Made by a program: the position numbers and the translations under genes. A stretch of DNA of 61,974 nt, filler included. It is 11 parts of 11 records of this genome, joined end to end, with 100 filler letters (N's around TTAATTAATTAA, not from the genome) between each part and the next. Parts side by side here need not be neighbours in the genome. Positions count along the whole stretch, not along the records: positions 1 to 7,498 come from SRR7504441_3066; positions 7,599 to 13,834 come from SRR7504441_3071; 9 more parts are not named here. The stretch is one strand, 5' to 3'. A model generated the notes under the pieces. That model was given only the letters and a program-made list of their open reading frames with translations, had not been told where the DNA came from and did no database searches. Of the stretch, positions 1 to 11,697 are shown in pieces (position 1 is the stretch's first letter; every line of letters starts with the position of its first letter).

Positions 1-380
1 GCGCTTCGTGGATACCTCAAGCCACGTGGGTTGTATAACTACGACGGCACTTTCTTTCCGCTGGCTGTGTGGAGGGCTGCAACGCAGTGCCACTATATCG
101 AGGGGCTCAATGGCGTACAATACTATCGCACATGCAAACAGATATAGGCACGCAACCGTACCTGTGCTACCGTACAAGGAATTATTATAACATGCGAATC
201 ATGATTGTACGTAATAAACGTGTTTGAGAATCGCCCTCAACCGCCATTTTTTACGGAAGAAGACCTCAAGCTCCTATATAGTACGAGTAACTGTTTATCT
301 AATGTCTATATCTGATGCTCACATTGAATACATAAGTATTGAGTAATTGCGAGCTCAACAATTGAGCACTCGCGATCGGG

Positions 381-2049
381 CTACGCTTGAAGGTAGCATG
401 CGTCGGATGGTGAGCCTGTGGGGGGGAGTAGTGGGTATGTAGTGCTCGGAGCTAACCCTAACTCGACAACTTGATTTGTACGCTGTTGCTGTTGTTGCAG
501 CAAAGCACACTCAGAATTGTTATTTACGACCAAGGCGTTTGGCCTCAGCGGCTGTGTGAGTGGAGTCCCGTAGAATAGCGCCAGAATATACCGGGTGCCA
601 CTGCTTATGGGGAAGCCGCCGTGCAGTAGCTTTCCCGGATGCATCAGGCAGTCTCCCTGGTCTATTGGCACCACGAATTGCCTGGGCATGTTTTTAGTCT
701 CCAGATCGCGTGTATTAAGCTCGTTGCGGCTGCCCCCACAAGGTGACCGCTCGGCCCCACCGTCGCAAACCTGTAAACATAGCACCCTCCATCCTCAAAG
801 TCGGTTGGACAGCTATTCCGGGCTCAGTACTGGGCCCGTGCGCACTGGGCACCTGAGCAGCAGGTTGGCGGTGAGCATGCTGCCATCCCTGTGAGTGACC
901 AGCCCTGTCCTCTCTCCACCAACGTACCTGCCACCAGTCCGACCGGTCGGCCGGCTGCACAACCGCTTGACGAACGCCCGCTGGAGCTGGATCTGGACAG
1001 TGGGCGGAGTCATTGCGACCAAATGCGGGTCGATGCAGTCTTGAACTAACTGGAGCAGCTGGCTCAACTCTTTGCTCTGCAGCAATTCGTGATGCGTGAG
1101 CACGCCGCAGTTGCACAGGGGGCAGTCCTGCAGCCCTGCTCGTGCCCGGCGGCCCACCGACCGGGCACCACGTCGCAGTCGATTAAGTTGACCTGGTACT
1201 CTGGCAGCCCGTCCACAGGCTCAACCTTACCTGCGAGAGCCATCACAGCTCTCCAGCACGCGCTGGTCCACCGTCCTGCCAATCTGACTGGGTGGCGCAC
1301 AATGTCACGATCCGCGCGCACTGCTCCGGCGACAGAATCCGGCGGGCTACGGCCACTCCGGGCTTCACCTACGGACGGGTCAGGACCTCTCAGCACGGGC
1401 CCTACCATCTCCAGCACCCCGGTTGAGCCCTGAGCCTCCGGCCGCTCATTATACGCGGCCACCAGCTCCTTGGCCACAGGGTCGTGCCGCCGTGTCCGCC
1501 TGGGCACTTCTCTGCCCGGTCGGTTGAGCAAGCCCCAGCGGCGGGGCCACATCAGCCGGCGGCAGGTCTCCCAGCTCTCGGGCGGCAGCGACTCGTCGCT
1601 CGACACCGCCAGGCCCTCAGTCGACCGGCTCAGCAGAGCGACCCACGCGCCGAATATGGCAGGCACGTGCTGGCTGCCCCCCGCCGGTGACCGACCAGTC
1701 GGCCGCCGGTCACCGTAGCACGTCCTTGCCCTCGAGCATCTCCTCCAGCACCAGCACATCCGCTGGGCATAAGCCTGGCCCCAGCGGCTGGTGCCAGCCC
1801 CGACCGGGCCAGTTCCACCTTCCAGGAGCAGCTCCACTGCCTTGGCCGCCTCCGGGTGCTTCCGGGTGGTGTCCGCGCCAATCGCGGCCACGAGCGGCAG
1901 GTCGACTTTTCCCCGCCGGATCTGCCTCACCAGCTCAGCAGCCAGCCCAGGCGGCGGTCGGGCACCCGCCGATGCGTGTGCCACGGGATGGAGTGCACGC
2001 AGTTTGCCGTCAGGCTCGGACGCCCGAGCTGGCCGTCCGGAGCCTGCAT
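381..2049 (-). CDS. 2OG-Fe(II) oxygenase superfamily protein (prolyl/lysyl-hydroxylase-like), multi-exon
   Basis: C-terminal HPGKLLHGGFPISSGTRYILALF matches the distal His...Arg 2OG-binding strand. Upstream segments EPVDGLPEYQVNL and LQRAFVKR lie in different frames joined by short GT-AG introns. The ATG at 2049 is inferred. Confidence 0.65.
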
Positions 2050-2133
2050 CGCCGCACCGCCAGCACCACCAGCACCCGCGACGGAAGCAACGTTAACGGA
2101 AAAGGCAACTCGGGCACGAAGACCCAGGTCGCC

Positions 2134-3087
2134 ATGGATCCGGAGGACGTGTTGGCACCTGACATCACCTTCAGGCGGGTCTCCGCCTTCCCGGAGCTCC
2201 GGGCCGCCAAGAAAAAGACCACTCTGCACACTCTAACCAAGGAGCAGCCGCGCATCCCCACGGTCATCCACATGTACGACTCCTGCTGAGGCGGGTGTCG
2301 GCCGTGCGCCCGAGCGGTAGCGAACTGGGCGAACGGCGGATACGGCGGACGCGTCAGGTTTCTGATGCTCTGCGTGGAGACGGGCAAAGATGGGCTCCGC
2401 ACAGCCACCGACTTCGGCCGGGGGTTCGAGCTGCCACCCGAAGTAGTCAATGGGTACATCGACCAGCAGTGGGAGCTACCGGGGTACGGCCAGCTCGGCT
2501 GTGGTGGCTTCATCGTGCTCGGCTTATACGGCGAGTTCGTCACTAATCGGAGCGTGCCGGCCTATCTAAAGAAGGGCGAAGAGGCATTCACCGCCGTCGA
2601 AAAGATACTGAGCCACCTCGGGATTAATCGGGAATCGGCTGGCGCCGGCGCGCCGCCTGCAGCTGTCCCCGAGTCCAAGTCCGAAGAGCTGGCCCTGCGG
2701 CTGGGCCCTGTCGGTCATGAGCAGATGGATCAAGAACATGCTGGACTCGAGCTCGCGGTCAATGCCCTGCAGCAACAGCACAGCCTCGCAACTCTCTGTC
2801 ATCTGCGGGACCTCTGGGCCGAGCATTCGCAGCACGAAGAGGCGCTTTTTGAGCAGAACTCTTTCGGTGGCAATCGGGGGTCTGGAGGGCTCTCTGCCAC
2901 TGCGTCTCACTGCCAACACCATCGTGCTATCCTCGAGAGCTTGCAGCGTGCATCGACTCTTGCAATCCCTGGGAGCCTGCAGGGGAAGTCCGACTCAGTG
3001 CCCCAGGATACGGTGCGAGAGATCGTGGCTGAGATCCAAAGGCACGGCGACATCTACGACAGTGCCTACGCTGGAAAACTAGCATAG
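2134..3087 (+). CDS. Selenoprotein: thioredoxin-like domain (CUGGCRPC) fused to a hemerythrin domain, 317 aa, Sec at codon 52 (TGA 2287-2289)
   Basis: ORFs 1687-2289 and 2365-3087 are in the same frame, separated only by one TGA. Read-through gives VIHMYDSC-U-GGCRPCARAVANWANGGYGGRVRFLMLCVE. Hemerythrin ligand pattern: DQEH, HSQHE, HCQHH, HGDIYD. SECIS downstream. Confidence 0.85.
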
Positions 3088-3146
3088 TGCAAGCCCTCGG
3101 TATTGCACACACAAGCTCCAGCTCTTAGATCCCCCTGTGAACAATG

Positions 3147-3234
3147 TGCCTGGAGTGCAGTATTATGACCGCGTCGCGGATCAGACCACTATGGTACCCG
3201 CGAAGTGTGAACCTCCAACTGCACCCACGTGGCA
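3147..3234 (+). promoter_or_regulatory. Eukaryotic SECIS element (type II-like)
   Basis: Helix I GTGCAGT(3155-3161)/ACTGCAC(3218-3224). Core ATGAC(3165-3169)/TGAA(3208-3211). Helix II CGCGTCGCGG/CCGCGAAGTG. Apical mini-stem ACCA/TGGT. Confidence 0.85.
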
Positions 3235-3605
3235 TTGGCATATAGGCTAGGGATTGAGATATTCATATTTTCGGACTTATTCTTGAAATTGACATGAGCG
3301 CTACGTACAAATTAATTCATGTACAGAAAATAAAAAGCAGCAAGCTTTGCTGGTGATCTGTACAGGTCCTAGATGCACTATGTTGATACAATCGCGTAGG
3401 TTGCAAACTAGTAGGTTGCAAGCAATCTTGAGTTCATTTGAAATCTATTTGAAATCTTGAACACTGATCTAATCACGTTCTTACAATCATGTACACTAGA
3501 TATCTCGACCTCTCCGGATAATGTCATTACCGAAATCCAATTCAGTAGGTTCCAAAATGTATCTCAAATACAGCTCATTTTCTTCGTGAATGATCACACA
3601 AAGGC

Positions 3606-6311
3606 CTAGCTCGTCTTTGTGAGATTGTTCCTTGTGGCAATCGAGGCGGCCGAGATCAGCAGCGCCTTAGTGCGATCCTCCAAATCTCGGGACGTCACCA
3701 CTGGAGTGTCGTTGAAAGCCAGCAGTGCCTGGGCAGCCCGGCGGTGAGAGAGCCAACTCTCATAAGTGTCCACTTCCTCGGCGAGCCTGCAAGCCGCCAA
3801 CGTGAGCTCAATGAGAAGCATTACAGCTCACTTGTTGGTATCAGCCTCGGTCGCGTTGGTCACTTTCGTGTCATTTGCCAGTGGCAGCGCCCGCAGCTTT
3901 GTCAGCACACTCTTGACTTTCTCAATGGACTGAACGGCTTTGTCCAACGCCTGTCCCGCCTGAGCCCAGTACCGCAACTGAGCCCACCTGCGGCCGAGCT
4001 ATGTTCTCAGACAACCGCAGGTCCAGCACAGCAAGCAGCTTCTGCACTGTGCCCTCCTGCGCGTGGTAAGTGCTCTGAGCCGCGTTGGCAGCCTCCTGAG
4101 CCGGCGCGGATCAAATCCAGGGCCAGGATGCACAGAGCACCTCAGTCAGCAGCCACTCATCTGCGAGCTCTATGGCCGCCCCCAGAGCCTCCCGCTCCTC
4201 GGCTGTGCTCACCTCCTCGATCTCAGCGCTCTCAAGCCTATCTCGAGCCGCTGCCATCCGGATCAGTGCTTCGCGCCAGCCGGAACCGACCAAACAGGAA
4301 GGATTCGAGGTGGTTCTGAGCCTCGGACCGAGCCTGGTGCTCTTCGTCCAACTTCTGCCAAAGCTGCCCAAACCAGTCACCAGGACCCCGGCAACCAGCC
4401 ACCGCCAACGTCTCGACACCCGCGGCGAGCTGTTGCTCGGTGGCTAGCACCCCGTCGGTGTTGAGCTGCGTCGAAGCGTTGAACACCCGTCGGGTCCAGC
4501 CAGGGGGGCCGACCTGCAGCCAGCTGCGGCCAGGCACCCGCCAGGCTCACCTTCTTGGCAATCGGGACAAACTGCTGGATTTCGGCCAGAGAGAGCAGCC
4601 CGGACCGATCGAGCTCTATCAGCAGCGAGCAGTCCAAGTCGGCTCGCACACCGTCGGGCTCCAGGATCGAACTTGTCCACCCAAGGTCCGACTCAACCAA
4701 CTCAACTTGTGAGGCGCCCGCAGGCACCGTGACCGCCCGGACGCTCGGCAGCCACGCGCCCTGGCTGATCAGCTCGGACAGCTGGCCGGACTGCGAGAGC
4801 TGGATCGGGTGGGCGGTCAAGTCTACGAGATTCACAGGTCGGATGTTGTAGCCCTTGAGTGCTGCAGCATAGTACGTAGCCCCGAGCGCGGCGGCCTCGT
4901 CGCCGTTCAGGCTGGTCTTGAGCTTTGGCTTGCCGAAGAACTCGCTAAGAGTGCTTTGCACCTTGGGCATCCGCTGAGCGCCTCCGACCATCTCGACAGA
5001 ATGGAGCTCGTCCGCACTAAACTCCGCCAGCGCTGCCTTCACCTGTTGCCCAATCAGCCCACCCCTCAGCCGCCAGCCCACCGGGCCGAGCACGCGATCA
5101 AACAGCGGCTGGGCGGCCTCCTCGAACCTATCGCGCCCGTCAGCCCGGCCGCCGGTCTGGGCAGTTTGCCTGCTCCTGCTGAGCTCAAACCTAAGGTCGA
5201 GCTGGTCTGTCAGCCCCTCCACTGAGACCATGTACTCCTTGTTCGCCGAGAGCACCCGCCGGGCGCGCTCGGCCTCGTGCTGCAGCCGGCACCGGGCCCT
5301 GGTGGTCAGCTTCTCACCGGCCAGCTTCTTTGTGGCCTCATTCACCAAGATCTGACCCGGCACTCAGCTAGACTCAGGGGGCACACGGACCTCGGCCAGC
5401 ACCGCATCAAACGCCCGACCGCCCAGGAACCGGTCGTGCGCCACTGCCTTGACGATCACCTGCAGCCCGTCCAGCAGGGCCGGGGTTGGGCCCAACCTGC
5501 GTGACGGATTTGCGCCGGTCGTCTCTCGTGAGCTCATTCCTAAACCTCACAATGCTCACTTTGGTGCCGCCGCCGCCCATGTCGTAGAACATTACCAGCC
5601 TTGAGCTGTTCCCAAAGTCCTGATCGATCCCGTACCGGAGAGCTACGGCGGCGTGGTCGTTCACCAGAGAGAGGAGTGGCACCCCGGCGATCTGAGCTGC
5701 GTGCACCATCGCGCGGCGCGCCATCTGGCCGAACCAGCCGGGGACCGTCACCACTACCCCATCGGTCTTCCGCTCGCCCTGGTTGAGCGCGATCGAGCTC
5801 ACCGCGTACTGCATCAGCATCCCAGTGGCCACCTCCGGGCTGAGCGTGCTGTTCTCGCCCTCCCCGAGCAGCGGGCTCATTCGGCCCGAATCCGGGCTCA
5901 TAGCCATCCCGGGGTGGCCCTCCCGCGCCTGCCCGCCCAGCTCGACCCCGGCCCGAGGGGCAGGATTGGACCTGCTCGGCCGCGTCGGAGCCGTACCGCA
6001 GCCCGAGGAGGGCGCTGGGGAAGGCGATCGTCCGGGCCGGGTGGCGCGAGAACTGGGCACACGGCTGAGCGCGGGGCGCGGACCGAGGGCACCAGGTTGA
6101 CCGCGTCGTCGCCCCAGACCCGGCGGGGTCCGGCAGGGTGAAAGCCGACTGCCGAGGGTGTCTTGCGCTTGGAGGCCTCGTTGAGCGCCATCTGGACCCC
6201 GTGCCCGTGCCGTCCGACCCCGACCTTGAGGAACGCGCTCCCCAGGTCCAGCCCGACCACCGCCCCGCTCACCACTCCGACCAATGCGGCCAGCACACCC
6301 ACGCGCAGCAT
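3606..6311 (-). CDS. HYOU1: ER Hsp70-family chaperone HYOU1/Grp170, about 10 short introns
   Basis: Signal peptide, then VGLDLGS, LNEASKRKTPSAVGF, VVTVPGWF, FYDMGGG, VGGAQRMPKVQ, LNGDEAAALGA, NHLESFLF. Confidence 0.85.
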
Positions 6312-6407
6312 TGTTGTCTTCCTCGAGCGATCGCCGGCCGCGGGATCGCAGTCGTTCGGTTCCGTTGACTGATGATTTGGCGGTAGCCACGGCGGGCACC
6401 TCTCTGG

Positions 6408-7139
6408 ATGCGCCCCGCCGTGGGCAGCCCCCCGGGCGAGCCGCGCTGGCAGCAGCTGGCCACGGTGGCGCTCACCGCCTGCTTCGCGGTGGCCGCAGGC
6501 TGGGCTGATGTTGTAGCCTTCCGCGCGTTCGGCTCGTTCGCGGCGCTGATGACGGGCAATACTGTCAAGCTTGCGATTGCGCTGTTTGATCCGCAGATTG
6601 ACGACGATCAGTGCTACTACTTCGCCGCGATCATACTTGCCTACCTCTTCGGGGTCTGGCTCTTTCAAGCGCTGCGCCAGGCCTTCCCACGCCGACCGGC
6701 GTGGGCGGCTGCGCCCGTGTGCCTGACACTGATCGGGCTGGCCGACGCGCTGCACGAGCCGACCGATGGGAGCCACTGGCGGGTATGCTTGGTGGCCCCA
6801 GGGTTTGGGATGCAGAACTGCCTGACCTTTGGTGGCCCGATGGAGGTCAACACAACCATCATCACAGGCAACCTGCAAAAGATTGGAGTGGCGCTGTGGA
6901 AGGCCACCTACAGCTGTGGATGGCTCGAGCAGCTGAGGGCCTCAGTGAAGCCGATCATAGCTTTCCTGGCCACCTTTCTGGGGGCTGTTGCGGGTTCGGC
7001 CGTGTTTATAAAAGCTCGTGACCAGGACGACCGATACATGTTCATGCCCGTGGCGGTGCTACAGTGTGTCTGCTTCATCCTGCACGATCTTGTGCACCAT
7101 AAGGAGTCTGACCATGCCGTCGACAATCCAAAGAGCTGA
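6408..7139 (+). CDS. DUF1275/YoaK-like multi-pass membrane protein, intronless
   Basis: AGWADVVAF...FAALMTGNTV and FGMQN...NTTIITGNLQ motifs; several hydrophobic helices. Confidence 0.75.
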   Translation: MRPAVGSPPGEPRWQQLATVALTACFAVAAGWADVVAFRAFGSFAALMTGNTVKLAIALFDPQIDDDQCYYFAAIILAYLFGVWLFQALRQAFPRRPAWAAAPVCLTLIGLADALHEPTDGSHWRVCLVAPGFGMQNCLTFGGPMEVNTTIITGNLQKIGVALWKATYSCGWLEQLRASVKPIIAFLATFLGAVAGSAVFIKARDQDDRYMFMPVAVLQCVCFILHDLVHHKESDHAVDNPKS

Positions 7140-7498
7140 CGTTTGAACAAGCGGTGGAATGCACGTGGGAAACGTGCATGAGTAGAACGCACCGGTGAAA
7201 TTAATTATTTCTAGGCTACTTCTCGGCACATGGCATCACCACAGTTGTTCGTACTCGACTACTCCGTCGTACTGTAACGTTCTAGACTGGATGGTCATTT
7301 ATGAAATCAATATAGACTATTATAAGTTACAAAGCTTGTAGAGAGATCCACTTTAGGCTGGATCTAATTGATTATGTACATTCCTACCAGGTGCATTATT
7401 TGCAGACGATGATTGATCGCTGCTTGCAGATCGGCCAGCCGTCACCTGTAGTGGTGAACCGGTTGCTGAAGACGGAGCAGGCGTTGGAGAAGGAGCGT

Positions 7499-7598
7499 NN
7501 NNNNNNNNNNNNNNNNNNNNNNNNNNNNNNNNNNNNNNNNNNTTAATTAATTAANNNNNNNNNNNNNNNNNNNNNNNNNNNNNNNNNNNNNNNNNNNN
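7499..7598. other. Artificial contig-joining spacer. Identical 100-nt copies at 13835, 20535, 27370, 33131, 36312, 40583, 43932, 47754 and 52376.
   Basis: N-run + TTAATTAATTAA (stops in all six frames) + N-run, always 100 nt; genes are truncated at these points. Confidence 0.97.
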
Positions 7599-7901
7599 GT
7601 ATCAGTAGGCAGTATCAGTATGCTCAGTGCACACCCACCACCCATCATGGAGCACAATGTGGCGTACATCCGAAAATTCTCCGAATGCTGGAAATTCTCC
7701 GGTTGGAAGCGAGTTGTCGGGATCCGGTAGTCCTGCTTGGGCCGGATTGCAGAATTGCATCAATGTTGCCATCGGACACGGCCACTGCCCTGGTATGTCA
7801 TCAGTGACTGTCTTCAGAGCAACGCTGAAGAACAGCAGTGCACGTGTGAAGAACAACAACAACAACAACGGCTAGTGCGCTCGCTCGCAGTCTAAGCAAC
7901 C

Positions 7902-8629
7902 ATGGACGTTCAGGTGGGCGGCTTTGGCTGGCGGCGGCGGGGTCGGCTGACCGGTTGGGGTGGGTTGCAGAACCAGAAGGCCTACCAAAAGCAGCCGCAC
8001 ATGTTCCAGGGCAAGTGCCGGCTGCTCTCGCGCTCCACCCGCAAGGGTAACCGGTACGTGAAGAACGTCGGCCTCGGCTTCAAGACCCCGGCTCTGGCGG
8101 TCGAGGGCAAGTACATCGACAAGAAGTGCCCGTTCACCGGCAACGTGGCCATCCGCGGCAAAATCATCCGCGGCGTGGTCACCTCGGCTGGCAAGATGAC
8201 CAACACCATCACCATCCGCCGGTGCGAGCCTGCCCCCTTCAAACCCTGCTTGCCTCCCAGGCGCAGCAACCGGCGCCCTGTTAATGCTTGTTGGCGGGGT
8301 GACGGCCCACCAAGGCGAAGATCAGGGCCGCTCGGCGTCGACCCCCCTCCGGTCTTGTGACACGGTGCGCATCGTTCAGGGATTACCTCCACTACATCAC
8401 CAAGTACAAGAGGTACGAGAAGCGGCACAAGATGGTCTCGGTCCACTGCTCCCCGGCGTTCGACGCCCGGCAGGGCGACGAGGTCACCTGCGGCCAGTGC
8501 CGGTGAGCGCCGCTGCCTGCGGCCGGCGGCTGAGCCGGGGGGCGCAGGCCGCTGTCCAAGACCGTCCGGTTCAACGTGGTCAAGCTTGACGCCAAGGCCG
8601 AGCGCACCGGTATGAAGTCCGCGCACTAA
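7902..8629 (+). CDS. RPS11: 40S ribosomal protein S11 (uS17); introns 7914-7970, 8222-8379, 8503-8547
   Basis: [72 protein letters not shown] follows the stop. Confidence 0.96.
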
Positions 8630-8869
8630 ACCTGCGCGCTTCGCCCCTAGTTTCGAAATGGTCGTTTGTTCGGAATAAATTCAATGGTTGCTCAAGAAAT
8701 TGGTGTACGGTTAGATTACTCGTACTCCTTTTTCTACAACATGCGGCTTATTCCTTGCTTTGTGGGTTTGCAAGCGTGGTCGGCTGGCTAGCGGGCTCCT
8801 TTCGGCTAGCCTTGAATCTTGTTGTTTTATTTTACATCCTTAGTACGTACTCGTACTCAATCTTAGCAT

Positions 8870-10610
8870 GAATCTTAGTACGCCACAATCTAGCACTGCG
8901 CGTACGAGGAGCCTCCACCCGGTGGCTGCGGCACCTCTCAGCGCACCAGGCCCTTGCTGCTCGCAAGGGGCATCGGCGGCTTCCTCATCGGCTGCTCGCT
9001 CTGCCTCAAGTTGGTCCGGTCAGCCAGCGGCCGCCTGCTCTTGGAGCTGGTCTTCTTCCGTTTGTCCAGATTTGTCTTGACCTCAGCCACCAGGGTGCCC
9101 AGCTGCTGCTGCAGCCGCTCGACTTGCTCGCTTTTGTCACTGAGCATATCCTCCAGTTCCGCCACTCGAGCGGCCTCAGCCTTGGACCGGCGCTGCAGCT
9201 GCTGGATCTGGAAGAAGAGCTTCTCGGCCTTCTCCTGCGAGCCGCACGAGTCGTCCACATTCAGCTTGAGTAGCCTGCGGCCTAGTTCGCTCAGGAGGAG
9301 TGCAAGGGAGCACCTGTCGCCCAGCTTGCTGTTGGCTTGCCGCAACTGCTCGGCCTCGGCCTGCAGCTGCTGGTTGCTCTTGTTAGCCGCCGCAAGCTCG
9401 GCCGCAGTGGCCTGCTGCTGCTGCCCGGCGCTGAAATTCAGTTTATTCACTGCAATCAGCTCTAGCTTTGCTGCCTGCCCCGGCACTCAGCGCCTGGCCG
9501 GCCACCCAGCCGACCTTGAGGTCGCGCTCGGCCTCGCGCAGCCGCTGGTGCTCCCCGATCATTCCGCCGCCGGGCAGCCGCTGCTGCTGCAGCCAGCTCG
9601 CGTGGCCGACTGCCATCTTCTCTGCCTGCAGCTCCGCGTTGTCCTTGGCTTTGAGCTGCTCTGCATCCAGCCCCGACAGCCCGCGCCAGCCGTCCAGCAG
9701 CTGGGCCACCCGCCCAGCCTCCCGATCCAGGGCCTCCAGATGCCGCAGCAGCCTCGAAGCTTCGGGCGGCCCTGCGTAGTCCTCCAACGCTTTGTCTACT
9801 ACCATCCGGAGCCTCGCGACCTCGCCGGCCTCGTCCGCCGCCCGCTGCTGCGCGTCCTCGCACCGACTCCGGCGCATCAGCCCGCGTGAGACGCTCTGCA
9901 GCTTGTCTTGCAGCTGATCTCGCTCTCGTGCTAGTGCAGAGTCCAGGGGGATCACCGGCATCTCGGGCTGCGACCCCCTGGCCGCGCTCAGCTGAGCTGT
10001 CAGTGCCTCAATCTGCTCCCGAGCCCGCTGTAGCTCGACCACCGTCGGGCTGCCCCCCGATCAGCCCTGGCCCCGGCAACACGCCGCACCGGTCGGGCGG
10101 GTCAGCCGCGGCCTGCGCCTTTCGCAGCGCGTCGATCTCGGCGGCTTTGGCTTCGATCGCGGTGCAAAGCTTTGAGATCTCATGAACCGCCCGCTCGGCG
10201 TGCGGCTCCCACCGGTCCCAGACCGTCGGCGGCTCCAGCCCAAGCGCCCCGAGCAAGGCGCCGCAGAACTCCCGGAGCTTAGCCAACTCTAGTAAGTCTG
10301 AGGGTGGCTGCGCCGGCTGCCGCTGCTGCCGGGCACGGCTCAGCTGAGCCAGCACCCGGCTCGGGCCGCCCGGGCTGATCAGCCGGTCGGTAGGGGCGAC
10401 TGAGCAGCTGCTTGACGGGCTGCGGCAGCGTTCGGCCAGAGCCCCCTGGTACTGTCGGAGGAGCGAGAGTGGCCCGCCCGGGGTGGCGAGCGGCGAGCGG
10501 GAGCCCGAGTCCTCCGACCGGTGCGACCCGATCCGCGGGGTCCGCCGGGCCCGCTCGTGCGCCAGCTTGCTGAGATCGAGCGCCGGCACAGGCGGCACAG
10601 CAGCTGACAT
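8870..10610 (-). CDS. Uncharacterised coiled-coil protein, multi-exon (3' end approximate)
   Basis: Heptad-rich E/Q/L/A segments across ORFs 10008-10610, 9443-10042 and 8938-9486, linked by about 40-nt GT-AG introns. Confidence 0.6.
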
Positions 10611-10680
10611 TTAGAAGCAAATCTTCCTGTTTTTTTGGGCAGGTGTGACAGAATCATTCGATCTCTCAAGAACCACACCG

Positions 10681-11528
10681 ATGTCCACCGGCTGCGAAGC
10701 GATCTCCGGGTGCGACCTGTGCCTGCTGTCGGGGGCGTGCGCCTGGTGCACCAGCCAGCCGATGCCCAGCTGTCTCCCGCTCGACGGCTTCTGCCTGCTG
10801 CCCACGGTCCCTCAGGCCGGCCGCCGAGCTCAGCCGGCGGGCAGGCCACGTGCGAGGACAACCCAGCCGAGAGCGACACCGACTTCACCGTGCTGGTGCT
10901 GCTCGGGCTGGTCTCCTTCCTGGCCGCGGGGCTCTTCTTCTGCGTGCGGCGCCCGGCCGGCGCTTGATGATCAGAGAGCAGGTGGTGTGCTCATGCTGGA
11001 GGATGCGGAATCACCCGCCGGCCGGCCGCGAGCTGCTGATCGGCCCCGACAAGGGCGCGGCCACGGTGCGGCCGGCGGTGCTGTTGTTTTAACGGTAGTC
11101 CCGCAGATCGGCCCGATCGGGTACAGAGGGAAAACCATCAGGTGCGGGCGGGCTAGCAGTCTGCTGACCGGAGGCCAGCACGGATGAGTGCTGCATCTGC
11201 CTGGAGGCGCAGCACGAGGTGGCGCTCGGGTGCGGGCACAGCTTTTGCTACGACTGTATCCGCGAGTGGCGCCGGCGGGCCGGCGGGCTCAACAATGCGT
11301 GAGCGGCCCAGGCCGGCCATGCAGAACAGTGTGCGCAGGTGCCCGATCTGCCGGGATGGGTCGGTGCGGCGGGAGAGCGAGCAGTGGGTGCTGGTGGGCA
11401 CGCGAGTGAGCGGGTGCGCCGCTGTGGTGGTGGAGCCGAAGCCGCAGGCAGCGCATCATGCAGCGCATGAGACAGCGCAGCATGCTGAGGAGGGAGCCGA
11501 GGAGACCGCCGATGATGCGCAGGTCTGA
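10681..11528 (+). CDS. Membrane-anchored C3HC4 RING-finger protein with Cys-rich (PSI-like) N-terminus, multi-exon
   Basis: CCICLEAQHEVALGCGHSFCYDCIREW...CPICR after splicing; TM helix VLVLLGLVSFLAAGLFF; N-terminal CDLCLLSGACAWC. Confidence 0.7.
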
Positions 11529-11697
11529 CTGCAGAGTGACTTGACTTGCGCGGCCTGGGCTGACTCTAGATGCATCACGGGCGTTGTAGATTACAACGTG
11601 ATTACGATGATAAAATCACGGATTGAATACGTATTCATAAGTAATGATATCGGATTTTGAAAGAATGCGGGCTAAGTGTGGGGATGCGCGGTAGTGC

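Noticed and set aside
3606-3630. HKDEL encoded in an alternative frame at the HYOU1 3' end
   Set aside because: A possible GC-AG intron could reach this frame, but no stop follows KDEL, so it would not be a C-terminal retention signal. Unresolved without cDNA.
7499-7598. Regularly recurring TTAATTAATTAA palindrome
   Set aside because: Always embedded in a fixed 100-nt N spacer. It is a concatenation linker, not a biological repeat or CRISPR array.
8786-8811. GGCTAGC/GCTAGCC hairpin downstream of RPS11
   Set aside because: A single short stem with no snoRNA boxes or SECIS core; compatible with chance.
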